Source: Candidatus Ozemobacteraceae bacterium (GTDB taxonomy: Bacteria > Muiribacteriota > Ozemobacteria > Ozemobacterales > Ozemobacteraceae). From it: DNA of 64,000 bases. This document shows, piece after piece, positions 48,821 to 57,271 of this stretch; the stretch's first letter is position 1; the number at the start of each line of letters is the position of its first letter. The position numbers and the translations under genes were made by a program. The notes under the pieces were generated by a model. The model was not told the origin of the DNA. It worked only from the letters and a program-made list of their open reading frames with translations, and did no database searches. The stretch is taken from contig OZ223236.1 in the NCBI GenBank assembly GCA_965140445.1, positions 4,448,001 through 4,512,000 on the forward strand. Direction: 5' to 3'.

Positions 48821-51520
48821 TTAGTGATTGTTTACAGGCGTGGCACCAGGAAATACTTTCTCTGGAGTAATTGCACCCAACTTCAATAAGGTTTGCGCGA
48901 TTGATTCTCTGGTAGAGCTTGCAGTAAGCTTTGATTGCATAACTCGCTTCATAATGTTCACGGCTTCATTTCTCTTATTGGTTCTAAGCAGATCATTAAC
49001 CTGACCTAACTCATAAGCTGTCATGGAAGCCACTAACCCGATGCTCTGATTCTTCAAATCTTCTGGAACTCCGGCGCTAAAAGCAGCTCCTTCAAGCATT
49101 TCTCTGGCTTCAGAAAATTTGTGCAGTCTCACATAGACGACTCCCAAATCTCTTTTGTAAACAGCGTTATCTGGTTGTAATGCTACAGCTCTTTTCAAAG
49201 CATCCTCTGCCTTGGCGTTATCACCAAGATTTGAGGCAGCAATTCCCATGATATTTAACATGGTTGGATCTCTATGTTGAACCATTGCAGAAACATCGGC
49301 TGCGTATTTTCCTGCTTCAGCCCATTTTAGCAAGGCCGCTTTAGCAACAGCCAGGGAAGCCTTTGCCTGCAATTCAAAGTTTTTAAAAGCCATAGCCTTT
49401 TCCATTGCCGATTCAGCACGAGCCAGAAGCCTGTTCTTTTGCTCAGCAGGTAACGGGTATCTGGTAATATCAAGGGCTATCTTGCCTACATACATGTAAT
49501 AAATAGATCTGGCATCGCCGCAAGTCAATTCAAGACCAAACTCAGCCTGTTCAAGTGCTTTGGGCAAATCTTTCAAAACATGGTAGTAAATGTGCATTTT
49601 GCGAAAAACCACAGAATGATATGTTGATCTGGCGTTAAAGTTAATATTAACGCTAGCTTTATCAGCCCAGTCTAAAGCTTCTTTACCTTTACCTTCCATT
49701 TCCAGAATGGAGGCAACTTTTAAATAAGGATCACCTGGAAGAGGATCAAGCTTTATGGCTTTAAAGAGAAGGCTCTTTCCACGGGCAACCGCATCTCCCT
49801 GCTGATACTTCAAATACATATCAGCCTGTCGCACCATTTCATCTGCTTTCCAGCAACGCCATTCATAAAAAGCCGAAAGGGTTGAAGCACTCAAAGCAAG
49901 AATGGCAAAAAATACTCCGTGGCTCTGATTCAAACCAATCTCTGGTCGATTCATTTTTTTAGTAAAAAATTCAGTTTCAGTGAAAACTGCAACCAAAGCA
50001 AGGAAAACGACAGCATAAATAGCAGTTTCAATGCGATGGAAAGGAAAATCCGGAATTGATGCAAGCATCTGGGCGACCATTGCTGCTCCAAGCCCTATCA
50101 AAAGAACATGATCCCCATTCATTTCGCCCTCTGGATCTTTCCATACCGACTTTTGAATGGCTAAATAAATACTGTTAAAAAATCTGTAAGTGAGAAATAG
50201 AAACAGGCCAAGTCCAATAATTCCAAGTTCCGCCAAAAGTTGCAGCCAGTCATTATGCGCCTGGCGGAAAGTAACTGCGGTAAAAGAGTCCTGGTTACGA
50301 TCCGAGAAGGTTTCTGCTTCCTGATAAGGGAAGAAGTGCTTAAAGGAACCAAATCCGCGGCCAATTATCCAACCTGAAGCTCGTTTATACATGGCTTGAA
50401 TTGTACCATGCCAAACCCAAAGGCGTTCATAGGTGTTACTGATCTCACGATTAAGAGTAAAAGTGAGCTTAATCTTATCGAACATATTTGTAGACTGAAT
50501 AGTTTTTACAGAAAAACCAAATAGCCCAACAAATATTATTGATACGGCAACGATAAAGAAAACCGCATTTTTCTTAACCAGCTTCCACTTACGATCACAT
50601 ATGAACAACATCAGGGTCATAAAAACAATGCCCAGAGTTACACCAATCAGTGCAGCACGGCACCTGGTAATATACAGACCGTAAAGCATCCAGCCAAACA
50701 GCCCCAGGGAAACAACCTTCATCACCTTGTTTCGGTAATAAAAGAAAAATCCAAGCGGCAAAAAGGCTGTAAACATGGCGAAAGTGCCAAGGTAGTTTCG
50801 GTTTCCAAAAGTTGAAACAATGGACCCCATGTCCTCAGCCGCATTTGCTAACTGCGGAAACAACGGGATGTAATAGGCATTGGGAAGTATTTTTCCACTC
50901 AATATCTCGTTTTTAGCAAAAACCAGAATAGAATTTGGATCAAGACGGAAATACAGATTGTAAGTTTCCATGATTCCAAGAGTTGAAGTCGCAATTCCTG
51001 CAAAAACAACAACCCAGAGAATAGACTCTACCTGCCATCTGGTTCGAACAACATTTACGATAAGCGGGAATAACATCAAAATAAGGAAAGTGCTGCGCAA
51101 ATCCCTTATTGCTGCTGAAGGATTAAAGTTCCACAATACTGAAAGGGTCGCAAAGCCAAAAAACAAGGCCAGAGGAAAATCCAGCCTTGTCCTAGTTAAT
51201 CTTGGTTTAAGTGCTAAGAAGACAGTCACACAGAAAAGCCCCCCCAAAAGAGCTAATGCTATTTTGGAAGCAAATTCCTTGGGAGTTAAAAAGTTCTCTG
51301 TTGTTAATCTTGAATACAAAAAGGGCGAAACAAGAGTAACAAGAACAATACCTAGATAGATGATGAATTCTACTATGCTGATATTGCCTTTTTTTTCAGA
51401 ACTACTTCTTCGGAAAACTTTTGATAAAAAATCTTCCAGTGGCCCGATAATAGGATCGCTTTGTTCAATTTCTGGTTTGGAATTTGTTTCCTGTGTTGAT
51501 CTATGTCTTCTTTTTACCAT
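48821..51520 (-). CDS. O-antigen ligase/O-oligosaccharyltransferase-like membrane protein with C-terminal TPRs
   Basis: STFGNRNY, TRCRAA, ER.W.W, G.GFGSF and AHNDWLQLLAELGIIG (Wzy_C) motifs; TPR tail. Confidence 0.82.
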   Translation of the reverse strand: MVKRRHRSTQETNSKPEIEQSDPIIGPLEDFLSKVFRRSSSEKKGNISIVEFIIYLGIVLVTLVSPFLYSRLTTENFLTPKEFASKIALALLGGLFCVTVFLALKPRLTRTRLDFPLALFFGFATLSVLWNFNPSAAIRDLRSTFLILMLFPLIVNVVRTRWQVESILWVVVFAGIATSTLGIMETYNLYFRLDPNSILVFAKNEILSGKILPNAYYIPLFPQLANAAEDMGSIVSTFGNRNYLGTFAMFTAFLPLGFFFYYRNKVMKVVSLGLFGWMLYGLYITRCRAALIGVTLGIVFMTLMLFICDRKWKLVKKNAVFFIVAVSIIFVGLFGFSVKTIQSTNMFDKIKLTFTLNREISNTYERLWVWHGTIQAMYKRASGWIIGRGFGSFKHFFPYQEAETFSDRNQDSFTAVTFRQAHNDWLQLLAELGIIGLGLFLFLTYRFFNSIYLAIQKSVWKDPEGEMNGDHVLLIGLGAAMVAQMLASIPDFPFHRIETAIYAVVFLALVAVFTETEFFTKKMNRPEIGLNQSHGVFFAILALSASTLSAFYEWRCWKADEMVRQADMYLKYQQGDAVARGKSLLFKAIKLDPLPGDPYLKVASILEMEGKGKEALDWADKASVNINFNARSTYHSVVFRKMHIYYHVLKDLPKALEQAEFGLELTCGDARSIYYMYVGKIALDITRYPLPAEQKNRLLARAESAMEKAMAFKNFELQAKASLAVAKAALLKWAEAGKYAADVSAMVQHRDPTMLNIMGIAASNLGDNAKAEDALKRAVALQPDNAVYKRDLGVVYVRLHKFSEAREMLEGAAFSAGVPEDLKNQSIGLVASMTAYELGQVNDLLRTNKRNEAVNIMKRVMQSKLTASSTRESIAQTLLKLGAITPEKVFPGATPVNNH

Positions 51521-51525
51521 TTCAA

Positions 51526-52284
51526 TTAATTTGCCTTGATTATAATCTCTAGAGCTGGGTATTCTCCGTTTGTTCCATTGGCTTTAACATTTGAGTTATC
51601 CATCAGATTGTCATTTGTTGGTGAAACAATAACAGTCGAAGAGCCTGGGAAGAAAGTGCTATCAGTAGCTCCTACTCCAAGTTCAACAAGAATTTCTGTA
51701 CTTGAAGCTGGAGTTGAAGTTGCAATAAGGTTTGCAACCTGCACTTCAGAAGAGAATAACAAATCAATACCCGCAGCTGCAGGGGAAGCATTTCCATAGG
51801 AAATCGCCTCGCCACTTTTCAGATAACGCGAGAATTCAAATCTTAAATAGTCACCCTGACTAATGTGCCTATTCTTATCATTATCCACCCAGGTTGCCTT
51901 TTGCAGACTCAGTGGTGGTTTGTAATCAACAATAATGTCATCTCTGGTATCAACATTGTCTGGCCCTCGAGATGAAACCTGACCTTTGGAATAATCTACT
52001 TCGTAGTCTCTTCCCCATGGGTCTCTCGGAAGGTCTTGAAGATAGCGGCCAAGAAGCACGCGAAGGTCCGTTCCTACAAAGGACTTTTCTTCAAATGTGT
52101 CAAATTTAACCAGAGCATTCTTGATAATATCAAGTTCAGCCTTGGCTTTAGTAAGTTTTGTGTCCTTAACATAGTCCTGATAGTAAGGTGTTGCCACCCC
52201 GACCAGCACCGCTATAATAGCCACAACAATAAGTAGCTCGATTAAAGAAAATGCACGTCTATTCATGGTTTTTGATAATAACAT
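51526..52284 (-). CDS. GspG-like type IV pilin/pseudopilin with a C-terminal extension (array member 8)
   Basis: RRA|FSLIELL class III signal; DPWGRDY; YKPPLSL..ATWVDNDKN motif. Confidence 0.85.
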   Translation of the reverse strand: MLLSKTMNRRAFSLIELLIVVAIIAVLVGVATPYYQDYVKDTKLTKAKAELDIIKNALVKFDTFEEKSFVGTDLRVLLGRYLQDLPRDPWGRDYEVDYSKGQVSSRGPDNVDTRDDIIVDYKPPLSLQKATWVDNDKNRHISQGDYLRFEFSRYLKSGEAISYGNASPAAAGIDLLFSSEVQVANLIATSTPASSTEILVELGVGATDSTFFPGSSTVIVSPTNDNLMDNSNVKANGTNGEYPALEIIIKAN

Positions 52285-52406
52285 ACGGCTCCCCCCTCAA
52301 CAAGGAAAAATATAATACCACATCGGCAACATCCTGCTAAGTAGAAACTTAAACAGGAAATAAAGTTTTATTTTTTATAATTACAGCAATTTTAGTTATT
52401 TCAGGC

Positions 52407-52442
52407 AAAAAAAAACTCCCCGGCTAAGGGGAGTGTTTTTTT
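52407..52442 (-). terminator. Intrinsic terminator ending the six-pilin cassette
   Basis: Minus strand reads ACTCCCC-TTAGCC-GGGGAGT followed by a long T run. Confidence 0.8.
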
Positions 52443-52454
52443 AAGAGGGCATAA

Positions 52455-53162
52455 TTATCTTGCTTTTATTGGGACAGGAGAACCTGTTTTCACTGCAGCT
52501 CCGCCACCATCAAGTATTTTTGCAGCTCCACCAGCTGAAAACTCAACAGTATCTTTTCCTGCAACAAAAGGAGTTGTAATATTTGTTAAATCAACTCTCA
52601 CCTGCTGATCATTGTTTGTCCAATCGGCTACCACAACAGTAATACCAGCCAGAACACAAGCGCCTGTGAAGGTTAAATCTCCAATAGCAGGAACCCCACC
52701 AACCCAAGTTTTATCAGTTGGCCTTGAAAACTTAAGGATCAGTCCGTCTCCATTGTCCACAACACCATTCTGATTAGAATCTTCCCAAAAAGCTTTTGTT
52801 AAGGCTAGTGGAGGGCGATAAGACTCCGCAACATCATCTCCATTATTAGCCACTCCATCTGGACCAGAAGAGGAAACCTTTGATGCGTTAGTGGTTACCA
52901 GATATGAGCCTCCCCATGGATCTGCCATTGCCTTGCTCAAATAAGGACCTACAAGTGGGCTTATTCCAGGATCCGTATATGGCACCCCGCGGTCAGTTTC
53001 GAATCGGACCAAAGCGTTTCTAATTTCATCAAGATCCTGCTTGGCTCTTGCATACCTCCCATCTTCAACGTATTGCTGAACATAGGGAATAGCTGCACCT
53101 GCCAGAATAGCAATAATCGTAATAACGATCAGAAGCTCAATCAGGGTGAAGCCTTTTTTCAT
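52455..53162 (-). CDS. GspG-like type IV pilin, subfamily B (array member 7)
   Basis: MKKG|FTLIELL; DPWGGSY; YRPPLAL..AFWEDSNQNGVVD; ends in PVPIKAR. Confidence 0.88.
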   Translation of the reverse strand: MKKGFTLIELLIVITIIAILAGAAIPYVQQYVEDGRYARAKQDLDEIRNALVRFETDRGVPYTDPGISPLVGPYLSKAMADPWGGSYLVTTNASKVSSSGPDGVANNGDDVAESYRPPLALTKAFWEDSNQNGVVDNGDGLILKFSRPTDKTWVGGVPAIGDLTFTGACVLAGITVVVADWTNNDQQVRVDLTNITTPFVAGKDTVEFSAGGAAKILDGGGAAVKTGSPVPIKAR

Positions 53163-53191
53163 TATAATAACTCGACTTTCAAGCAAAATGC

Positions 53192-53866
53192 TTACCTAGC
53201 TTTAATGGGAACTGGAAATCCATTTTTACAATCATTTGTACCATCAGTCATATTTGCAGGCACAGCTATATCCAAAGTATCTTTACCAGGGACAAACGTA
53301 GGATTCGTCATAACAATTTTTGCCTGTCGGTCGTCAAGTTCCCAAACAGGAGCAGCAATGGCCGTTGGTGCGCCTGCAGAAAAGGCCAAATCAGCAAGAA
53401 GGGTTACTGGACCGTTTGTTGGTCTTGTGAATTTCATAATCAAAGTATCGCCAGTGTCAACAACGCCATTTTGATTTGTGTCTTCCCAGAAAGCTTTTGA
53501 GAGAGCAAGAGGCGGTCTATATTCTTCAGATACATCATCACCGTCACCAGCAATACCATTCGGTCCATTCGAAGAAATCTTTGAAACTCCAGAATCTACA
53601 ACATATGCTCCCCCCCATGGATCAACGATGGACTTTGACAAATATGGCCCAATCAAAGCACCAATATTACCAGTTGTATAAAGAACCCCCCTATCAATCT
53701 CAAAACGCGCAAGTGCGTTTCTGATTTCATCCAGATCCTGTTTGGCTCTGGCATAACGTCCATCTTCAACATAGTCCTGAACGTAAGGGATTGCCGCACC
53801 AGCGAGAATCGCAACAATGGTAATGACTACCAAAAGTTCAATTAGTGTAAAGCCTTTTCTAAGCAT
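53192..53866 (-). CDS. GspG-like type IV pilin, subfamily B (array member 6)
   Basis: MLRKG|FTLIELL; AGGAGG RBS; WEDTNQNGVVD; ends in PVPIKAR. Confidence 0.88.
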   Translation of the reverse strand: MLRKGFTLIELLVVITIVAILAGAAIPYVQDYVEDGRYARAKQDLDEIRNALARFEIDRGVLYTTGNIGALIGPYLSKSIVDPWGGAYVVDSGVSKISSNGPNGIAGDGDDVSEEYRPPLALSKAFWEDTNQNGVVDTGDTLIMKFTRPTNGPVTLLADLAFSAGAPTAIAAPVWELDDRQAKIVMTNPTFVPGKDTLDIAVPANMTDGTNDCKNGFPVPIKAR

Positions 53867-53908
53867 TTTTATGCCCTCCTGTAATTTCAAAATCCAAACC
53901 CAATAACA

Positions 53909-53928
53909 GGGCGAGCCTTAGCTCGCCC
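53909..53928 (-). terminator. Intercistronic hairpin (weak terminator or mRNA stabiliser)
   Basis: GGGCGAGC-4 nt-GCTCGCCC followed only by TGTTATT on the minus strand. Confidence 0.5.
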
Positions 53929-53943
53929 AGAACTTTAACAACT

Positions 53944-54699
53944 TTATTGCGGAAGCATCTTAACGTCTTGATCGCTAAGACAAAGAGTCCCAGCCTGATC
54001 ATCAATTGTTCCATGAGCATTGATAATATTAATTGTATCTCTTCCAGGAGTGAAAACAGTACCGGCTGTTTTTACATTGTAAACAAGAGTTCTGCCTCCA
54101 ACAATACTTACATTACCAGCTGTATCATCAAAGCAATCCGTAAAAAGAGTATTAGCACCATTAACCTTAACGTTAAAATAAGCATCAATAGTACCAGCAC
54201 CACCAGAGGAGTCCAAATCACCAACCGGATTTCCAAGAATCCTACTGAAAGTCATCTGAATCTGATCTGGCACGTTTTGAGTGTCAACAGCTCCAGACTG
54301 GTTTCTATCTACCCACTTAACACTTACCAGAGCCAATGGCGGCTGATAAGGAACAGAGATGTCATCAAGTTTGTCTGCAGCTCCAGCAGACGTTCTATCT
54401 GGTCCCGATGAATACACAGTACCAGAGTTGGTGTCTACCACATAGGATTTTCCCCAAGGATCAATTGGAGCTTTGTTCAAATAACGACCGGTCAAATCTG
54501 AAACATCGGTCTTGGTATAAGAACCTTCTCTGGTTTCGTAAACAGCAATAGCCCTGGAAATTTCTTCCAGGTCTGTTTTAGCTTTAGCGATACGTGCCTC
54601 TTCTACATAGTTCTGCACATAAGGTAACGCAGCTCCGGCCAGAACAGCAAGAATGGTAATAACCACCAGCAGTTCGATCAAGGTAAAACCTTTTCTCAT
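53944..54699 (-). CDS. GspG-like type IV pilin, subfamily A (array member 5)
   Basis: MRKG|FTLIELL; AAGGAG RBS; DPWGKSY; WVDRNQSGAVDTQN. Confidence 0.88.
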   Translation of the reverse strand: MRKGFTLIELLVVITILAVLAGAALPYVQNYVEEARIAKAKTDLEEISRAIAVYETREGSYTKTDVSDLTGRYLNKAPIDPWGKSYVVDTNSGTVYSSGPDRTSAGAADKLDDISVPYQPPLALVSVKWVDRNQSGAVDTQNVPDQIQMTFSRILGNPVGDLDSSGGAGTIDAYFNVKVNGANTLFTDCFDDTAGNVSIVGGRTLVYNVKTAGTVFTPGRDTINIINAHGTIDDQAGTLCLSDQDVKMLPQ

Positions 54700-54738
54700 G
54701 ATAGACTCCTTATATTTATATGCCCCTGTGCAAAACAT

Positions 54739-55488
54739 TTACTGAGGCTGTATTACAACACTTTGGTCGCTCAAACAATAGTTCGCGCCGTTATCCACAA
54801 TTTTAGTATGACCTGCTTTAACATTAACCGAATCCTGCCCAGGCGTAAAGACACCAGCGCCGATAACATCAAAAATAACCGTTCTGTTACCAACAATACT
54901 CACGTTAGCCGCAGCGTCTGAACAAACAGCATTGAAGTTAGTATCAACACCAGCCACCTTAACATTTAAAAGCGCATTAACCTGGTTTGGAGCTGCATCA
55001 TCGAAATCAGTAGTAGCATTGTTTAATTTTCTACTAAAGGTTAGTTGAAGCTGATCTGGAACGTTCTGGGTATCAACTGCACCTGACTGGTTTTTATCTA
55101 CCCATTTAACGCTAACAAGAGCAAGAGGTGGCTGATAGGGAACAGAGATATCGTCAAGTTTGTCTGCTGCCAACGCCGAAGTTCTATCTGGACCTGATGA
55201 ATAAACAGTACCAGCGTTTGTGTCTACAACGTAGGATTTTCCCCATGGATCAATAGGGGCTTTATTCAAATAACGACCAGTCAAATCCGAAACATCCGCC
55301 TTTGTATATTCGCCTTCGCGAGTTTCATAAACAGCAATAGCTCTGGAAATTTCTTCAAGATCCGTTTTTGCCTTAGCAATACGAGCTTCTTCAACATAGT
55401 TCTGAACATATGGCAAAGCTGCCCCCGCTAGAACGGCCAAGATTGTAATAACAACCAGCAATTCGATTAATGTGAAACCTTTTCTCAT
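54739..55488 (-). CDS. GspG-like type IV pilin, subfamily A (array member 4)
   Basis: MRKG|FTLIELL; AAGGAG RBS; WVDKNQSGAVDTQN. Confidence 0.88.
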   Translation of the reverse strand: MRKGFTLIELLVVITILAVLAGAALPYVQNYVEEARIAKAKTDLEEISRAIAVYETREGEYTKADVSDLTGRYLNKAPIDPWGKSYVVDTNAGTVYSSGPDRTSALAADKLDDISVPYQPPLALVSVKWVDKNQSGAVDTQNVPDQLQLTFSRKLNNATTDFDDAAPNQVNALLNVKVAGVDTNFNAVCSDAAANVSIVGNRTVIFDVIGAGVFTPGQDSVNVKAGHTKIVDNGANYCLSDQSVVIQPQ

Positions 55489-55525
55489 TATTTTATCTCC
55501 TTAAATTACTACCTTAGTAAATTGC

Positions 55526-56278
55526 TTACTGAGGTTGTACAACCACGGCCTGATCGCTCAAACAAAAACTTCCACCAAAATCTTTAATTCTGGCATGACC
55601 AGCTTTTACATTAACAGTGTCCTGACCGGGGGTAAAAACACCTGCACCGGTAACTTCTAAGATTAGAGTTTTACTTCCAACGATCTTAACGTTGGCAGCA
55701 ACATCAGAAAAAGCTGTATTAAAAACAGTGTCAACGCCCGCAACCTTTACATTAAACAAATTATTAATTTGTCCGGCTGCAGAATCATCAAAGTCCGTAC
55801 TCAAATTGTCCATTCTTCTGCTGAAGGTTAATTGAATCTGGTCAGCAACGTTCTGCGTGTCAACCGCTCCAGACTGGTTTCTATCAACCCATTTTGCACT
55901 AACTAACGCAAGTGGAGGTTGATAAGGAACAGAAACGTCGTCCAATTTATCTGCCGCAGCCGCTGATGATCTATCTGGCCCGGAAGAATAAACAACCCCA
56001 GCATCAGTTGCCACAACATAGGATTTTCCCCAAGGGTCAATTGGCGCTTTGTTCAGATAACGACCAGTTAGATCAGATACGTTTGTTTTGGTATACTCAC
56101 CCTCTCTTGTCTCATAAACGGCAATAGCTCTGGAAATTTCTTCAAGATCCGTCTTAGCCTTTGCAATTCTTGATTCAGCAACGTAGTTCTGCACATAAGG
56201 CAGCGCCGCCCCGGCAAGAATCGCCAGAATGGTAATAACCACCAGCAATTCAATCAATGTAAAGCCTTTTCGATTCAT
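55526..56278 (-). CDS. GspG-like type IV pilin, subfamily A (array member 3)
   Basis: MNRKG|FTLIELL; AAGGAG RBS; WVDRNQSGAVDTQN. Confidence 0.88.
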   Translation of the reverse strand: MNRKGFTLIELLVVITILAILAGAALPYVQNYVAESRIAKAKTDLEEISRAIAVYETREGEYTKTNVSDLTGRYLNKAPIDPWGKSYVVATDAGVVYSSGPDRSSAAAADKLDDVSVPYQPPLALVSAKWVDRNQSGAVDTQNVADQIQLTFSRRMDNLSTDFDDSAAGQINNLFNVKVAGVDTVFNTAFSDVAANVKIVGSKTLILEVTGAGVFTPGQDTVNVKAGHARIKDFGGSFCLSDQAVVVQPQ

Positions 56279-56310
56279 AACAATCCGATCTCCTTTGAGA
56301 TTTTTTCTTT

Positions 56311-57051
56311 TTATAAAGATCCTATCAGCACTGTCTGGCTGGTAATACACTTATTAGACTGAGGAGCTAGGTCAAGAATTCCCGCCCCATCTTTAACCTG
56401 GAACGTATCACTACCGGGGCCGAAAACGTTTGTCACGCCATTTGCCAAATCAATAGTTATCATGTTTCCAGATGATTCAAGAGAAAAAGTTGTCCAATTC
56501 AACGAGGTGTCAATCGGGGAAGCGCTTGTCCATGTAAAATAATTGTGGGCGTTAGCAGGAGTAACAACTGCTGGACTCGTAGCTTTAATTTTCCTTGAAA
56601 AAATCAATTGAATGTAATCGGGAGTGTTTTGAGTGTCTACCGCACCGCTTTGATTTGAGTCAACCCATTTAGCTTGTACCAAAGCTAAAGGAGGTTGGTA
56701 ATTAACACTTATATCATCCAAACTACCTGCGATTCTATCTTCTCCGCAAGAATAAACCGTTCCAGCTCCAGTTGCCACTTCATAAGCCTTACCCCACGGA
56801 TCTATCGGAGATTTATTCAGATATCTGCCCGTAAGTTGCAAAACAGTAGCGTCCTTGTAAGTGCCTTCACGCGTTTCATATATTGCCAGAGCCTTCTTAA
56901 TTTCTTCAAGATCTGCTTTAGCTTTGCTAACACGGCTTTCCTTGACGTAGTTCTGTACATAAGGGATAGCAGCACCAGCGAGAATAGCCAAAATTGTTAT
57001 AACTACTAACAACTCAATCAGTGTAAATCCACTTCTGGAGCGGTTGTTCAT
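56311..57051 (-). CDS. GspG-like type IV pilin, subfamily A (array member 2)
   Basis: MNNRSRSG|FTLIELL; DPWGKAY; WVDSNQSGAVDTQN. Start is 57051 or 57057. Confidence 0.87.
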   Translation of the reverse strand: MNNRSRSGFTLIELLVVITILAILAGAAIPYVQNYVKESRVSKAKADLEEIKKALAIYETREGTYKDATVLQLTGRYLNKSPIDPWGKAYEVATGAGTVYSCGEDRIAGSLDDISVNYQPPLALVQAKWVDSNQSGAVDTQNTPDYIQLIFSRKIKATSPAVVTPANAHNYFTWTSASPIDTSLNWTTFSLESSGNMITIDLANGVTNVFGPGSDTFQVKDGAGILDLAPQSNKCITSQTVLIGSL

Positions 57052-57139
57052 TCCCATTCCCTTTATTTCATTTTTTGTATTATTTAAAGATATCATAAAA
57101 TCTTTCTTTGAGATAAATAAATATTTCTTTATATTTTCT

Positions 57140-57156
57140 AGCAAATTCCGTACCTG
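57140..57156 (-). promoter_or_regulatory. Putative sigma54 (-24/-12) promoter of the pilin cassette
   Basis: Minus strand CAGGTACGGAATTTGCT has exact GG-N10-GC spacing and is close to the consensus TGGCACG-N4-TTGCW. Confidence 0.65.
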
Positions 57157-57203
57157 CTTTCCAAAACAGCAAAACTTTCAAAAATACACTGAGAGCGCGA
57201 GTT

Positions 57204-57254
57204 AATGATTTTTTACCCATGGGCATTTTTGCCACATTGGGTAAATTTTCCACA
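57204..57254. promoter_or_regulatory. Candidate upstream activator sites (tandem ~17-bp imperfect palindromes)
   Basis: TGGGCATTTTTGCCACA (57220-57236), TGGGTAAATTTTCCACA (57238-57254) and a partial third box ending TTTACCCA at 57219. Confidence 0.5.
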
Positions 57255-57271
57255 CATTTATATATAATTTT

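Noticed and set aside
52320..52351. Third sigma28 promoter before pilin 8
   Set aside because: GCCGATGT is present, but TAAG is 20 nt away rather than 15-16, so it was not called as a feature.
53944..55488. Stop-codon read-through fusing two pilins (TAA at 54739-54741 is followed in frame by ATG at 54738)
   Set aside because: The downstream pilin has its own AAGGAG RBS and ATG at 54699, and the other junctions I checked in the array are not in frame. Probably chance.
57052..57144. Long N-terminal extensions on pilins and other genes given by the ORF track
   Set aside because: RBS positions and class III signal lengths support downstream starts, and this extension overlaps the putative sigma54 promoter and leader.
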